A DNA stretch of 64,000 nucleotides from Fidelibacterota bacterium (lineage in GTDB: Bacteria > Fidelibacterota > Marinisomatia > SCGC-AAA003-L08 > D37C17). Of this stretch, positions 54,002 through 63,896 are shown one piece after another. The first letter of the stretch is position 1; the number at the start of each line of letters is the position of its first letter. The position numbers and the translations under genes are program-made. The stretch covers positions 1,239-65,238 of the forward strand of contig PANN01000009.1 of the NCBI GenBank assembly GCA_002707645.1, read 5' to 3'. Below the pieces are notes generated by a model. That model was not told where the DNA came from, searched no databases, and worked only from the letters and a program-made list of their open reading frames with translations.

Positions 54002-55063
54002 ATGACTTTAGAAAAAATGTTAAGCGATATGGTTGAGCGTGATGCAAGTGATTTGCATTTAACTGTTGGTTCACCACCCAAGATAAGAGTTAATGGAGAA
54101 TTAATTAATCTAAATGAAAATAAATTAATCCCAGATGCACTAAATGAGATTTTAAAAAACCATTTAAATAAAAACCGTCTGTCATCACTATCAGAAGGCA
54201 ATGATATAGATTTTTCAATTGGAATTAAAGGTGTCAGTAGATTCCGAGTAAATATTTTTAAACAAAGAGGTAATGTAGCAGCTACTTTCAGGAAATTACC
54301 TTATTCTGTTCCTAATTTAAATTCTCTAGGTCTACCTAAGTCGATTTCAAATTTAACTTTAAATAAAAAAGGTTTAATATTAATCACAGGTGGAACAGGT
54401 AGTGGTAAATCTACAACAATGGCTGCGCTTATTAAAAAGATTTCAAATGAAAATAATGCACATATTATAACCATTGAAGATCCTATTGAATATTTGTATG
54501 AGCATTCAAACTCTTTGATAAATCAGAGAGAAATAGGTTCTGATACAAAAAGTTTTAGTGATTCATTAAAAAGTGTACTGAGACAAGATCCTGATGTAGT
54601 ATCAGTTGGAGAATTAAGAGATGTTGATTCAATGAATGCTGCTCTAACTATAGCTGAAACAGGACATTTAGTTTTAGGAACGCTTCATACAAATAATGCT
54701 TCAGGAACAATTAATAGATTGGTAAATGCTTTTGCACCTGAAAAGCAAAGTGTTATTAGAACAACATTATCATTAAATTTATTAGGTATAATATCTCAAC
54801 AATTAATACCGAATAAAGATAAAAAAAGATCTCTGGCCATTGAAGTGCTTATTAATACGCCATCAATTAAATCCTTAATACGTGAAAATAATATCCATCA
54901 AATTGATAATTATATATTAAGCGGTCTAAAAGATGGAATGATACGTATGGATGATTCAATAATAAAATTATATAATGATGGGTTGATATCAAAAGAAGAC
55001 GCTTTAAATTATGCTGTTAATACAACGGAGCTTTCAAATAAACTAAATAGTATTAATATTTAA
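54002..55063 (+). CDS. pilT: Type IV pilus retraction ATPase PilT
   Basis: ASDLHL, Walker A GGTGSGKST, the Asp box, GHLVLGTLHTN and a PilT-typical C-terminus. Confidence 0.9.
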   Translation: MTLEKMLSDMVERDASDLHLTVGSPPKIRVNGELINLNENKLIPDALNEILKNHLNKNRLSSLSEGNDIDFSIGIKGVSRFRVNIFKQRGNVAATFRKLPYSVPNLNSLGLPKSISNLTLNKKGLILITGGTGSGKSTTMAALIKKISNENNAHIITIEDPIEYLYEHSNSLINQREIGSDTKSFSDSLKSVLRQDPDVVSVGELRDVDSMNAALTIAETGHLVLGTLHTNNASGTINRLVNAFAPEKQSVIRTTLSLNLLGIISQQLIPNKDKKRSLAIEVLINTPSIKSLIRENNIHQIDNYILSGLKDGMIRMDDSIIKLYNDGLISKEDALNYAVNTTELSNKLNSINI

Positions 55064-55067
55064 ACTT

Positions 55068-55337
55068 ATGATTAAAGAAAAGATTCAAAAATTAATTGAA
55101 AGGGAATTAAATATATCCTATTTTGAAATTAAGGATACATCATCTCAACATACAAATCATGCAAATTATAAAGGTGGTTCTCATTTAAGGATGAAAATTG
55201 TTTCGGACGATTTTAAAAATAAATCACTATTAAAAAGACACCAGCTTATCTATTCTATTATTAGTAATTTTATTCAAAAAGAAATTCACGCTGTTATATT
55301 GAAAACTTATACTAAAGAAGAGTTTGAAAATTTATAA
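55068..55337 (+). CDS. BolA-family protein
   Basis: 89 aa, with HLRMKIVSDDFKNKSLLKRHQLIY matching the BolA core. Confidence 0.8.
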   Translation: MIKEKIQKLIERELNISYFEIKDTSSQHTNHANYKGGSHLRMKIVSDDFKNKSLLKRHQLIYSIISNFIQKEIHAVILKTYTKEEFENL

Positions 55338-55344
55338 AAAGGGA

Positions 55345-55380
55345 AATAAGAAGCTAGCTTAAACTAGCTTCTTATTTATT
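55345..55380 (+). terminator. Rho-independent terminator of the pilT-bolA unit
   Basis: Perfect 13-bp stem AATAAGAAGCTAG / CTAGCTTCTTATT (55345-55357 / 55364-55376) with a 6-nt loop and a T-rich tail. Confidence 0.85.
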
Positions 55381-55467
55381 AAGTCAACAACTTAGGAGGA
55401 GTTGTAACTATTGACATTACCTTTAATATATATACTATAAAAAATTGAATTTGTTCCAGAATAAAAT

Positions 55468-55495
55468 AATAAAGCCCCAAAATTGGGGCTTTATT
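55468..55495. terminator. Strong palindromic hairpin, probably a bidirectional terminator (ligA on the minus strand)
   Basis: Perfect 12-bp stem AATAAAGCCCCA / TGGGGCTTTATT with A/T-rich flanks on both sides. Confidence 0.7.
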
Positions 55496-55601
55496 ATGAT
55501 AAAACAGCTTATTACTCCTCCCTTAATTAATCAGTAATTGAATAATTAATTGATAATTTTACCATTTTAATTTTAATAATATTGTGATATTTAGCACGTA
55601 A

Positions 55602-57596
55602 TTAAATTTTCTCTAATAAGTCTAAAAATTCTTTTTCATTTAATATTTTAATACCTAATGATTTTGCCTTAGAAAGTTTACTCCCGCTTTTATTCCCTGC
55701 TATCAAATAATCAGTTTTCTTATTAAGAGATGATGAAAAATATCCTCCATATGATTCAACAATTTCAGCAACTTGTGACCTAGAGTAATTTTTTAAACTG
55801 CCAGTAAAGGCAAATGATTTATCTTTTAATGTTGTTGATTGAATTACTCTAAAAGAATTAAAATTTAAATTGGAGGATAAACATTCATTAATAATATTAA
55901 TATTTTTTTCGTCACTAAAATATTTAATAATTGAATCTGCCATTATTTCACCAATTTCATTTATATTAATTAACTCATCGTAATTGCAATTTATTAATTT
56001 GAAAATATCGTCGTTGAATTTTTTTGCTAATAATTTAGATGCATTTAAACCTACATTTCTAATTCCTAGGCCATTAATGAATTTAGCTAATGTAGTTTGC
56101 TTAGATTGATTGATTGAATTGATAATATTTTCAGCTGATTTTGGTCCCATTCTTTCAAGATTTATCAAATCTTTAATTTTTAATTTATATATATCTGAAA
56201 TATTACTTAGAAGATTATTAATAATTAATAAGTCAATTATTTTTGTACCTAGCCCGACTATATCCATACAATTTTTTGAAACATAATGTTCAATTTTTCC
56301 TTTTATAATTGCTTTACAATTAGAGTTTCTGCATCGCAAAACAGCATTATTATTTTTTTTATATGCTTCTGATTTGCAGATAGGACATACTTTGGAAATA
56401 AAAAATTGATTTGAATTACTAAGTCTTTTTTCTTTAATTACTTTCAATATTTCTGGAATAACATCACCTGCTCTTTGAATTAATACGTAATCATTAATTC
56501 TTATATCTTTTTTATTAATTTCATCTTGATTATGTAATGTTGCATTAGATATTATAACACCGCCAACTTTTATAGGTTCTAGCTTAGCGACCGGGGTTAA
56601 TGCACCTGTTCTACCTACACTTATTTGTATATCTAATATCTTTGTTACACCCTGCTCAGCTTTAAATTTTCCAGCAATCGCCCATCGAGGTGATTTACTT
56701 CTTTCACCTAATTTTTTTTGTAAAAAATAAGCATTAACTTTAAAAACAACACCATCTATATCATAATCAATTTTTTCTCTTAATTTTTCTGCTGATTTAT
56801 AATATTTCTTTAAAAAATTTAATCCACTACCTAATTTTATATGAGGATTAACTGGGAATCCCCATTTTGGTAAATAATTTAAAAAATCTATTTGACTATC
56901 AAATTCAAATCCTTTAATCTCACCTGGTCCATAACAATAAATTCTAAGTGGTCGTCTGGATGTTATTTTTGGATCTAGTTGCCTCAAACTTCCAGCAGCA
57001 CAATTTCTAGGATTTGCAAATGGAACTAAATCTTGTTTAATTCTGTTACTATTTAACTTTTTAAAATCTTTTTTATTGATAAAAACTTCGCCTCTAACTT
57101 CTAATAAGGTAGGAATTCTGTCTCCAACTAAAGATAATGGAATACCTTTAATCGTTTTTAAATTAGTAGTTATATCTTCTCCTTCAAAACCATCTCCTCT
57201 TGTAGAACCATATATAAATTGGCCATTTTCATAAACTAATTCTACTGCAAGACCATCGAGCTTTAATTCTGCAACATATTCTACATCTTTCAAATCTAAT
57301 TTTATTATTTGTTTATTAAAATCTTCTAATTCATTTTCATTCATTGCGTTTGCTAATGATAGCATGGGCAACCTATGTTTAATTGTACCGAATTCTTTTA
57401 AAGGGTTAGAACCAACTCTCATAGTTGGAGAATTTTGATTCTTATATTGAGGATTTTTATTTTCTAATTCTTCTAATTCTCGAAGTAATATGTCATATTC
57501 AAAATCTGATATTGTGGGATTATCATATACATAATAGTTTATATTGTGTTTATTTAATGTATTGGTTAAATTCTTAATTCTATCTTTGATACTCAT
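55602..57596 (-). CDS. ligA: NAD-dependent DNA ligase
   Basis: Adenylation motif VAELKLDGLAV, a Cys4 Zn finger (CPICKSE...CRNSNC), the HhH region and a C-terminal BRCT. Confidence 0.96.
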   Translation of the reverse strand: MSIKDRIKNLTNTLNKHNINYYVYDNPTISDFEYDILLRELEELENKNPQYKNQNSPTMRVGSNPLKEFGTIKHRLPMLSLANAMNENELEDFNKQIIKLDLKDVEYVAELKLDGLAVELVYENGQFIYGSTRGDGFEGEDITTNLKTIKGIPLSLVGDRIPTLLEVRGEVFINKKDFKKLNSNRIKQDLVPFANPRNCAAGSLRQLDPKITSRRPLRIYCYGPGEIKGFEFDSQIDFLNYLPKWGFPVNPHIKLGSGLNFLKKYYKSAEKLREKIDYDIDGVVFKVNAYFLQKKLGERSKSPRWAIAGKFKAEQGVTKILDIQISVGRTGALTPVAKLEPIKVGGVIISNATLHNQDEINKKDIRINDYVLIQRAGDVIPEILKVIKEKRLSNSNQFFISKVCPICKSEAYKKNNNAVLRCRNSNCKAIIKGKIEHYVSKNCMDIVGLGTKIIDLLIINNLLSNISDIYKLKIKDLINLERMGPKSAENIINSINQSKQTTLAKFINGLGIRNVGLNASKLLAKKFNDDIFKLINCNYDELININEIGEIMADSIIKYFSDEKNINIINECLSSNLNFNSFRVIQSTTLKDKSFAFTGSLKNYSRSQVAEIVESYGGYFSSSLNKKTDYLIAGNKSGSKLSKAKSLGIKILNEKEFLDLLEKI

Positions 57597-57599
57597 TTA

Positions 57600-59111
57600 C
57601 TACAATATTTTGATTTCTTGGTCAATAGTCTCAGTTAAACTAAAAAAATCATCGCTTGAAAATTGAAAATTAATATGCTTATAATCTCCATTTTCATCAA
57701 TTTTATACTGACTTTTATAATAATTTTTATTGGTGATTAATTTATTAATTGATGATACTAAAATATCAACATCTCTAATATTATTATAAATTCCATAACT
57801 AATTCTTACCATACCCATCCAAGGTTCCATTTTCCAAGATAGATTACTATTTATAGATTCGCAATTCTCCAGTTGTTCTTTATGCGTGGCAGATAACATT
57901 TCCTGAACATAGGGATGAGCACAAAAACATTCATTTCTAACAGCAATATTAAAATAATAATTTAATATAGCCGCAACTAAACCATGATCCATTCCTAAAA
58001 TATTAAAAGAAATTGTTCCTGCTCTTGGGCAATTTTGAATATCTGTGTCACCATATATATGAACTTCTTTAAATTCAGTTAACTTGTTCATTGTATATTG
58101 AATTAAATTTTTATCTTCTTCTAAAATATTATTCATTCCAATAGTATCTAAAATATGAATAGCAGAACCTAAAGTAATTGCTCCTAAGATATTGGGAGTA
58201 CCTGCTTCTTCTCTATCTGGAAATTTTTTAGTTACAAAGTAGTTATCAGGATAAACTTTATCTACCATACCACCCCCAACTTCTTCTGGTTCAATGGCAT
58301 TCAAAAAAGATTTTCTTGCAATAACAACTCCTGGAGAGCCAGGGGCATAAGTTTTATGTCCTGAAAATAATAAAACGTCAATTTCCTTATCTTTATTAGA
58401 AAAACCACTCATTTGGATTGGTACGTGCGCAGCCATTTGAGCTGCATCTACAACTAAATACACATTGTATTTATGTACAATTTGTGCAATTTTATTAATA
58501 GAATTAATTATACCCGTAACATTACTTAAACCCGTTATTGAAACATAATTAATTCTATCCGAAAATTTCTCTAAATATTGCTCTAAAATTTCGGTATTAA
58601 TTTTACCAGCCATTTGATGATTTTTTTCTAGTGGAATATGAATTACTTTACCACCATGCTTTCTATGCGGAAGATCGTTGGAATGATGCTCCATCATAGA
58701 AACTAAAACTATATCTCTTTCAGGTCTTAATCTATTCAAAGTTTTTGCTATTCTGTTCATTCCAGCAGTAACTCCGCTACCCATAAAAAAAGATGTATAT
58801 TCATCCTTATCTGCATGGACAAAGTCTAAGATTCTATTATGAATCCACGCGTATGTTTTGGTTGAAATTCTAGCACTAAAATGAAGTAAAGAATGTGTAT
58901 TCGAGTAATGATTTAAAAACTTTTTTGAAGCTCTATGGGCTGCTCCCATCATTAAAGTAGAAGCAGTAGAATCTAAATATATTCTTGGAGAGATTGTTCC
59001 ATCTGCTAATTTATATTTTGTATCTAATCCAATAAAATCATCTTGAATTTTTTTGAGTAAATCTATGCCTTTAATAGACATAGTTTCAGGAGTTAGCAAT
59101 GCAGGTTTCAT
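57600..59111 (-). CDS. Class V aminotransferase / cysteine desulfurase-like PLP enzyme
   Basis: Fold-type I class V pattern YLDSTAST..., a HHSN motif, and the PLP lysine context SGHKTYAPG. Confidence 0.65.
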   Translation of the reverse strand: MKPALLTPETMSIKGIDLLKKIQDDFIGLDTKYKLADGTISPRIYLDSTASTLMMGAAHRASKKFLNHYSNTHSLLHFSARISTKTYAWIHNRILDFVHADKDEYTSFFMGSGVTAGMNRIAKTLNRLRPERDIVLVSMMEHHSNDLPHRKHGGKVIHIPLEKNHQMAGKINTEILEQYLEKFSDRINYVSITGLSNVTGIINSINKIAQIVHKYNVYLVVDAAQMAAHVPIQMSGFSNKDKEIDVLLFSGHKTYAPGSPGVVIARKSFLNAIEPEEVGGGMVDKVYPDNYFVTKKFPDREEAGTPNILGAITLGSAIHILDTIGMNNILEEDKNLIQYTMNKLTEFKEVHIYGDTDIQNCPRAGTISFNILGMDHGLVAAILNYYFNIAVRNECFCAHPYVQEMLSATHKEQLENCESINSNLSWKMEPWMGMVRISYGIYNNIRDVDILVSSINKLITNKNYYKSQYKIDENGDYKHINFQFSSDDFFSLTETIDQEIKIL

Positions 59112-59120
59112 AGTATTAAA

Positions 59121-59945
59121 TTAATCATTATTTATTCTATAAAATAACTCTTTTTTAAGCTTGTTTGTGATTTCAAATTTTGAATTCCAATTATCCCAAT
59201 AACAAGGCAATAAACCTATACCTGTTGATGATATAAAAGCTTCATCCATATGCTTTACATCTTCTTTTTTTATATGACTTTCTAAAATATTCAACTTATT
59301 CTTTATAGCGATTGAGATTATAGTGCTTCGCATTACGCCAGGTAAAACACCTAAATCTAATGATGGTGTCAATAAACTGTTACCCTTGATAAAAAAAATA
59401 TTTCTTACTGCACATTCAGTAATAACTTTATTCTTATTGTAAAATACAGGCTCATAATAACCAAGTCTTTCACACTCTTTTTTAGCTAACATGTTACCAA
59501 TATAGTTTAATGATTTTATAGCAGGAGAAAATCTAATTATTGGAAATTTCTCTTCATTAAAAAATATAACTTTAACCGGTTTATATAGAAAATCATAAAG
59601 CGGTTTTATACTAATATAAACATTAGGATTTGTATTTTTATTTAATGAATCCCCTATAGTAATAATAATTTTGATTAAACCATTTTCTAAACAATTTTTT
59701 TTAATAATTGTATTCAATAATAATACCAAGGATTGTTGATCATATTTATGAGATAATTTTATTATTTCTAATCCCGATAAAATTCTATTAATATGATTAT
59801 CTAAAGAAAATATATTTTTATTATCAAATCTTAATGTTTCAAATAATCCATATCCATATAAAAACCCAAAATCATGAAAAGAAATTTTTGCTTGGCTAGA
59901 CTCTACCCAATGACCATTTATATAGTATACATAGTTATTTAGCAT
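59121..59945 (-). CDS. pabC: Class IV aminotransferase, probable aminodeoxychorismate lyase
   Basis: FGFLYGYGLFETLR and ECAVRNIFFIKGNSLLTP...LPGVMRS motifs. It overlaps pabB. Confidence 0.65.
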   Translation of the reverse strand: MLNNYVYYINGHWVESSQAKISFHDFGFLYGYGLFETLRFDNKNIFSLDNHINRILSGLEIIKLSHKYDQQSLVLLLNTIIKKNCLENGLIKIIITIGDSLNKNTNPNVYISIKPLYDFLYKPVKVIFFNEEKFPIIRFSPAIKSLNYIGNMLAKKECERLGYYEPVFYNKNKVITECAVRNIFFIKGNSLLTPSLDLGVLPGVMRSTIISIAIKNKLNILESHIKKEDVKHMDEAFISSTGIGLLPCYWDNWNSKFEITNKLKKELFYRINND

Positions 59946-61135
59946 ATTAAAGAAGATAAAATTTTTCTCTTTATCTTAGTTTCTTTCCATTCATCTTTTG
60001 CATTTGAATCCCAAACAATTCCTCCCCCTACAGGATAACTTCCTTTATTATTTTTGATAGTCATTGTTCTAATAGCAATATTAAAATTTAAATCACCATT
60101 TTTATTAATATAGCCAATAGAACCAGTATATAAATCTCTGCTATAATTCTCTAGTTTATCTATTATTTTCATTGCACTTTCTTTTGGTGCGCCCGTAATA
60201 GATCCTCCAGGGAATAATGCCTTAATAATATCTGATTCTTTAATATTTTTTTTTAAATTTCCTTCTACACAGGATACCATTTGATGAACAGTTTCAAAAC
60301 TTTTTATATTGAAAATATCATTTACTTTAACTCCACCATATGTTGAAATTTTCCCTATATCATTTCTTAAAAGATCTACTATCATTAAATGTTCAGCCAT
60401 ATCTTTAGACGATTTTTCAAGCTCAATTTTTAATTTGTGATCTATTTTCTGATTTGTACTTCTTCCTCTTGTACCCTTCATGGGATAGGAATAAATGATA
60501 TTATTTTGAGTTTTAAAAAATAACTCAGGCGAAAAACTTAATATTTCATATTCGTTAAATTTCATATAATAACCATGCGGGGGCTTAACAATATTTCTTA
60601 GACCAAGGTAAGTATCAAATCCACTATCAAAACATTCGTACATTGTATTAATAGTATAATTTATTTGATATGCATTTCCATTATATAAATCATTCTTTAT
60701 TTCATTTATTTTTTTCTCATAAATCTCATAATCAATAAGATTGTCTAAAAATTGTATTTTTGATTTTTTATAATTTGATTCCTGAATTTTATATTTGACA
60801 ACTTTTTGAGGTTTAACAAAAAATAAATACGGAAATTCTTTATTAAAATTTTTAAACTTGATTTTGGGATATAATATATTTTTAAAATTATAACTAATAA
60901 ATCCAACAGCAGGGATTGTACCTGCCTCACTTTTCCATTGATCAATAATCTTTTGAAATGATTCAAGATTGCTTTTGATTTTTTTATTGGAATGAAATAG
61001 ACCATTAGAATCCCATAAAATAAAATCTTCAGATTTCCATATTGCATATCCTTCATATTTATTTTCCCATGAATCAATTAAAATATCAGGGTTTCCATAT
61101 TTTTTAATTATTTCATTCAGATTTTGCATTATCAT
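59939..61135 (-). CDS. pabB: Aminodeoxychorismate synthase component I (chorismate-binding enzyme)
   Basis: SPELFF, PMKGTRGR, EHLMIVDLLRNDIG, PGGSITGAPK, YTGSIGY and GGGIVWDS motifs. The assignment to PabB rests on the adjacent class IV lyase. Confidence 0.75.
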   Translation of the reverse strand: MIMQNLNEIIKKYGNPDILIDSWENKYEGYAIWKSEDFILWDSNGLFHSNKKIKSNLESFQKIIDQWKSEAGTIPAVGFISYNFKNILYPKIKFKNFNKEFPYLFFVKPQKVVKYKIQESNYKKSKIQFLDNLIDYEIYEKKINEIKNDLYNGNAYQINYTINTMYECFDSGFDTYLGLRNIVKPPHGYYMKFNEYEILSFSPELFFKTQNNIIYSYPMKGTRGRSTNQKIDHKLKIELEKSSKDMAEHLMIVDLLRNDIGKISTYGGVKVNDIFNIKSFETVHQMVSCVEGNLKKNIKESDIIKALFPGGSITGAPKESAMKIIDKLENYSRDLYTGSIGYINKNGDLNFNIAIRTMTIKNNKGSYPVGGGIVWDSNAKDEWKETKIKRKILSSLIC

Positions 61136-62036
61136 ATTTATTAAAAATTGTATACTTTAATATTTTAGGAGATGTGATTGCATAAGAAAATACTTTATAT
61201 TTTTTGAAGAATTTATCTAGACCCATTTTGTTAATTTCATCAATATTTATTGCAAGTTTTTTACCTTCAATACGTTTGATTATCTCAGGTAATTTTGGAG
61301 GAGTCCATTTTAAATTTTCAGCAAATAGATTAAATAGTTTAAGTATTATATCATTATCCCAGTCAGGATTAAATTTACATTCTCTGCTTTTGATATTCAA
61401 ATATTTACTTGTGAGTTTACTGTATCCAGAAACTGCACCCATATTAATTAACTTTGGGTATAAATATTGATCAATTTTATTTTCATAATCAATAGTAGAA
61501 ATATTTTTCTTGAAATTTTGCCAATTAAAATCACTTAGAATGTTAGTCCAAGAATCAATGTTATTTGAGTATTTTTGAATTTTCATCCAACTATTATCTG
61601 AGTTTAAAATTAATAATTTTCCAATATCTTCTCTGCTATAATTTATTTTATGGAGCCACATTAAAAAAAGAAGCGTTGAAAATGGGAATTTCATATTAAA
61701 ATTTTTGGAATCAATTTCGTTAATAATATTAGGATTGCAAGATGTTTTTAAACCTATTGGATTATTATTCAGTGTTACAATTTGGCTACCAATAGATTTG
61801 CCTGATGATGGTAAAATATTTAAATCAACCCAAATTAAATCTTTTTTATTTTTTAGAGCATTTTCAGAAAGCCAAATAGAATTATAATCATAATATCCAG
61901 ATAATTTCCAATTTAAATGATGATGTAAGAAAGATGCACATATTAAACCATCATAATCAGCTGAAATTATAAAAAATTTATTTTTTTCTTTTAACCATTT
62001 ATATTGTTTAAAAATATTTTTTCTTTTTATTTGCAT
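61113..62036 (-). CDS. Hypothetical protein coupled to pabB (track start 62066; the ATG at 62036 is preferred)
   Basis: Long ORF overlapping the pabB start by 23 nt. I recognise no family, and only a weak DHH-like ISADYDGLICASFL motif is present. Confidence 0.5.
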   Translation of the reverse strand: MQIKRKNIFKQYKWLKEKNKFFIISADYDGLICASFLHHHLNWKLSGYYDYNSIWLSENALKNKKDLIWVDLNILPSSGKSIGSQIVTLNNNPIGLKTSCNPNIINEIDSKNFNMKFPFSTLLFLMWLHKINYSREDIGKLLILNSDNSWMKIQKYSNNIDSWTNILSDFNWQNFKKNISTIDYENKIDQYLYPKLINMGAVSGYSKLTSKYLNIKSRECKFNPDWDNDIILKLFNLFAENLKWTPPKLPEIIKRIEGKKLAINIDEINKMGLDKFFKKYKVFSYAITSPKILKYTIFNKYDNAKSE

Positions 62037-62072
62037 ATATAAGAATTTAAAAATAATATAGAACAAGTAATC

Positions 62073-63119
62073 ATGAAAAATAAATTAATATATGTACTGT
62101 TTATATCGTTTATCTTGGCTCAAGATGAAATTGGAAATAATCTTCATAGTTCCGAATTAATAAACTATCTAAATAATAACTATAAAACAAATACGGTTCT
62201 TAGTTACAATAACGCAAGAGATATACTTTATTCAGAAGTTGATAAAAATTTAAATAATAATCAAGTTAAATGCATATATACAAATTATTATACTACTTTA
62301 CCAAATAATGTTGATCCAAGTACATACTTATATGAAAATGGTATGAATTGTGAACATTTATGGCCTCAAAGTTTAGGAGCTGGAAGCTCACCAATGAAAA
62401 GTGATATGCATCATTTAAGACCTTGTAAAGAAAATGCTAATTCTTATAGAAGTAATAAAGCTTTTGGTAATAGTCCTGATAATTCAACAAGTAATTGGCT
62501 TTGGCTAGAAAACAATCATAGCTATATACCATCTAATAATATAGATCAATATAGTGAAAACAATTCATCTGTTTTTGAACCTAGAGAAGATGTTAAGGGA
62601 GATGTTGCTAGAAGCATGTTTTATTTTTATACAATATATACTAATGAAGCTGATAACAATTTCTTTAATACTCAAAAAGATATTTTATATCAATGGCACT
62701 TAGATGATCCAGCTAATGATGAGGAAATTAATAGAACTTGGTTAATTGCAAATTACCAAAACAATATTCCTAATCCATTTATTTTAGATAATACATTGGT
62801 TTATAGGTGCTATTTTTATGATGAATCAGAACTAGGATGTGATGGGATTCCTAACAGTGGTTTAATCAATGACGAATGTGAAGTATGTGGTGGAAATAAT
62901 TCTACATGTATTGATAATTGTGGTATTCCCAATGGTGATAATACGACATGTGCAGATATTAATAATGATAATACAGTAAATGTTACAGATGTAATATATC
63001 TGGTAAATTTAGTGATTAATCAATCAACTAGTAGTGCAGGAGATATAAATAATGATAATACTGTAAATATTACAGATATTGTAATGCTTGTAAATATTAT
63101 TTTAGGAGACAATTTATGA
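62073..63119 (+). CDS. Secreted endonuclease I-family nuclease with Cys-rich modules and a C-terminal dockerin-like pair
   Basis: Signal peptide, and endonuclease I motifs [24 protein letters not shown] and [17 protein letters not shown]. These are followed by [13 protein letters not shown] / [12 protein letters not shown]. The C-terminus is [22 protein letters not shown] ... [22 protein letters not shown] (62952-63116). Confidence 0.85.
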   Translation: MKNKLIYVLFISFILAQDEIGNNLHSSELINYLNNNYKTNTVLSYNNARDILYSEVDKNLNNNQVKCIYTNYYTTLPNNVDPSTYLYENGMNCEHLWPQSLGAGSSPMKSDMHHLRPCKENANSYRSNKAFGNSPDNSTSNWLWLENNHSYIPSNNIDQYSENNSSVFEPREDVKGDVARSMFYFYTIYTNEADNNFFNTQKDILYQWHLDDPANDEEINRTWLIANYQNNIPNPFILDNTLVYRCYFYDESELGCDGIPNSGLINDECEVCGGNNSTCIDNCGIPNGDNTTCADINNDNTVNVTDVIYLVNLVINQSTSSAGDINNDNTVNITDIVMLVNIILGDNL

Positions 63120-63895
63120 AACTATTTATTTTATGTATGGTGTTAAGTTTTACAATGGGAGAAAGTATGGATAATCAAATTATTACTGCTGATTCGGGTC
63201 TTAAATATAAAGAAATAAAAATTGGTGAGGGCGCTTATCCTGAAAAAGGTGACAAGGTTGTTGTCCATTATACTGGAAAACTAGAAGATGGAACGGTCTT
63301 TGATTCTTCCGTTGATAGAAATGTTCCATTTGAATTTGCAATTGGGCAAGGTAGAGTTATAAAAGGCTGGGATGAAGGTCTTGCCACAATGAAAATAGGT
63401 GGTAAAAGAACTTTGATTATTCCATCAGAATTAGGCTATGGAAAAAGAGGTGCAGGTGATCGTATACCCCCAAATGCAACTTTAATATTTGAAGTTGAAT
63501 TATTAGATATAAAAAAACCATTTGTAGATACAGATTTTGAACTAGCAGGTGAAGAAAAAGTATCAGATAGTGGTATGGTAATGATTGACCATGTTGAAGG
63601 TACTGGACCGATACCAGAAAGTGGACAGAAAGTAGTTGTTCATTATACTGGAAAGTTAGAGAGTGGTCAGAAATTTGATAGCTCTCATGATAGAGGCAGT
63701 CCTTTTGTTTTTGTTCTTGGTGAGGGACGAGTTATTAAAGGATGGGAAGAGGGATTATCTTCAATGAAAATAGGAGGTAAACGAACATTAATCATTCCAC
63801 CATATTTAGCTTATGGTAGTAGTGGTGCTGGCAATGTAATACCACCTAATGCAACATTAATATTTGAAGTTGAGCTTGTTGATATTCAAAATTAA
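63116..63895 (+). CDS. Secreted tandem FKBP-type peptidyl-prolyl isomerase (two FKBP domains)
   Basis: Two copies of [63 protein letters not shown]. Confidence 0.9.
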   Translation: MKLFILCMVLSFTMGESMDNQIITADSGLKYKEIKIGEGAYPEKGDKVVVHYTGKLEDGTVFDSSVDRNVPFEFAIGQGRVIKGWDEGLATMKIGGKRTLIIPSELGYGKRGAGDRIPPNATLIFEVELLDIKKPFVDTDFELAGEEKVSDSGMVMIDHVEGTGPIPESGQKVVVHYTGKLESGQKFDSSHDRGSPFVFVLGEGRVIKGWEEGLSSMKIGGKRTLIIPPYLAYGSSGAGNVIPPNATLIFEVELVDIQN

Positions 63896-63896
63896 T

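Noticed and set aside
55385-55522. 45-codon minus-strand ORF starting at CTG after a GGGAGGAG SD-like sequence
   Set aside because: It has a non-ATG start and reads straight through the perfect 12-bp hairpin at 55468-55495. The translation is hydrophobic and AT-driven, so an RNA-level explanation is more likely.
60745-61077. 110-aa same-strand alternative-frame ORF inside pabB
   Set aside because: It is Lys/Ile/Leu-rich low-complexity translation of AT-rich sequence. The pabB frame carries all the conserved chorismate-binding motifs.
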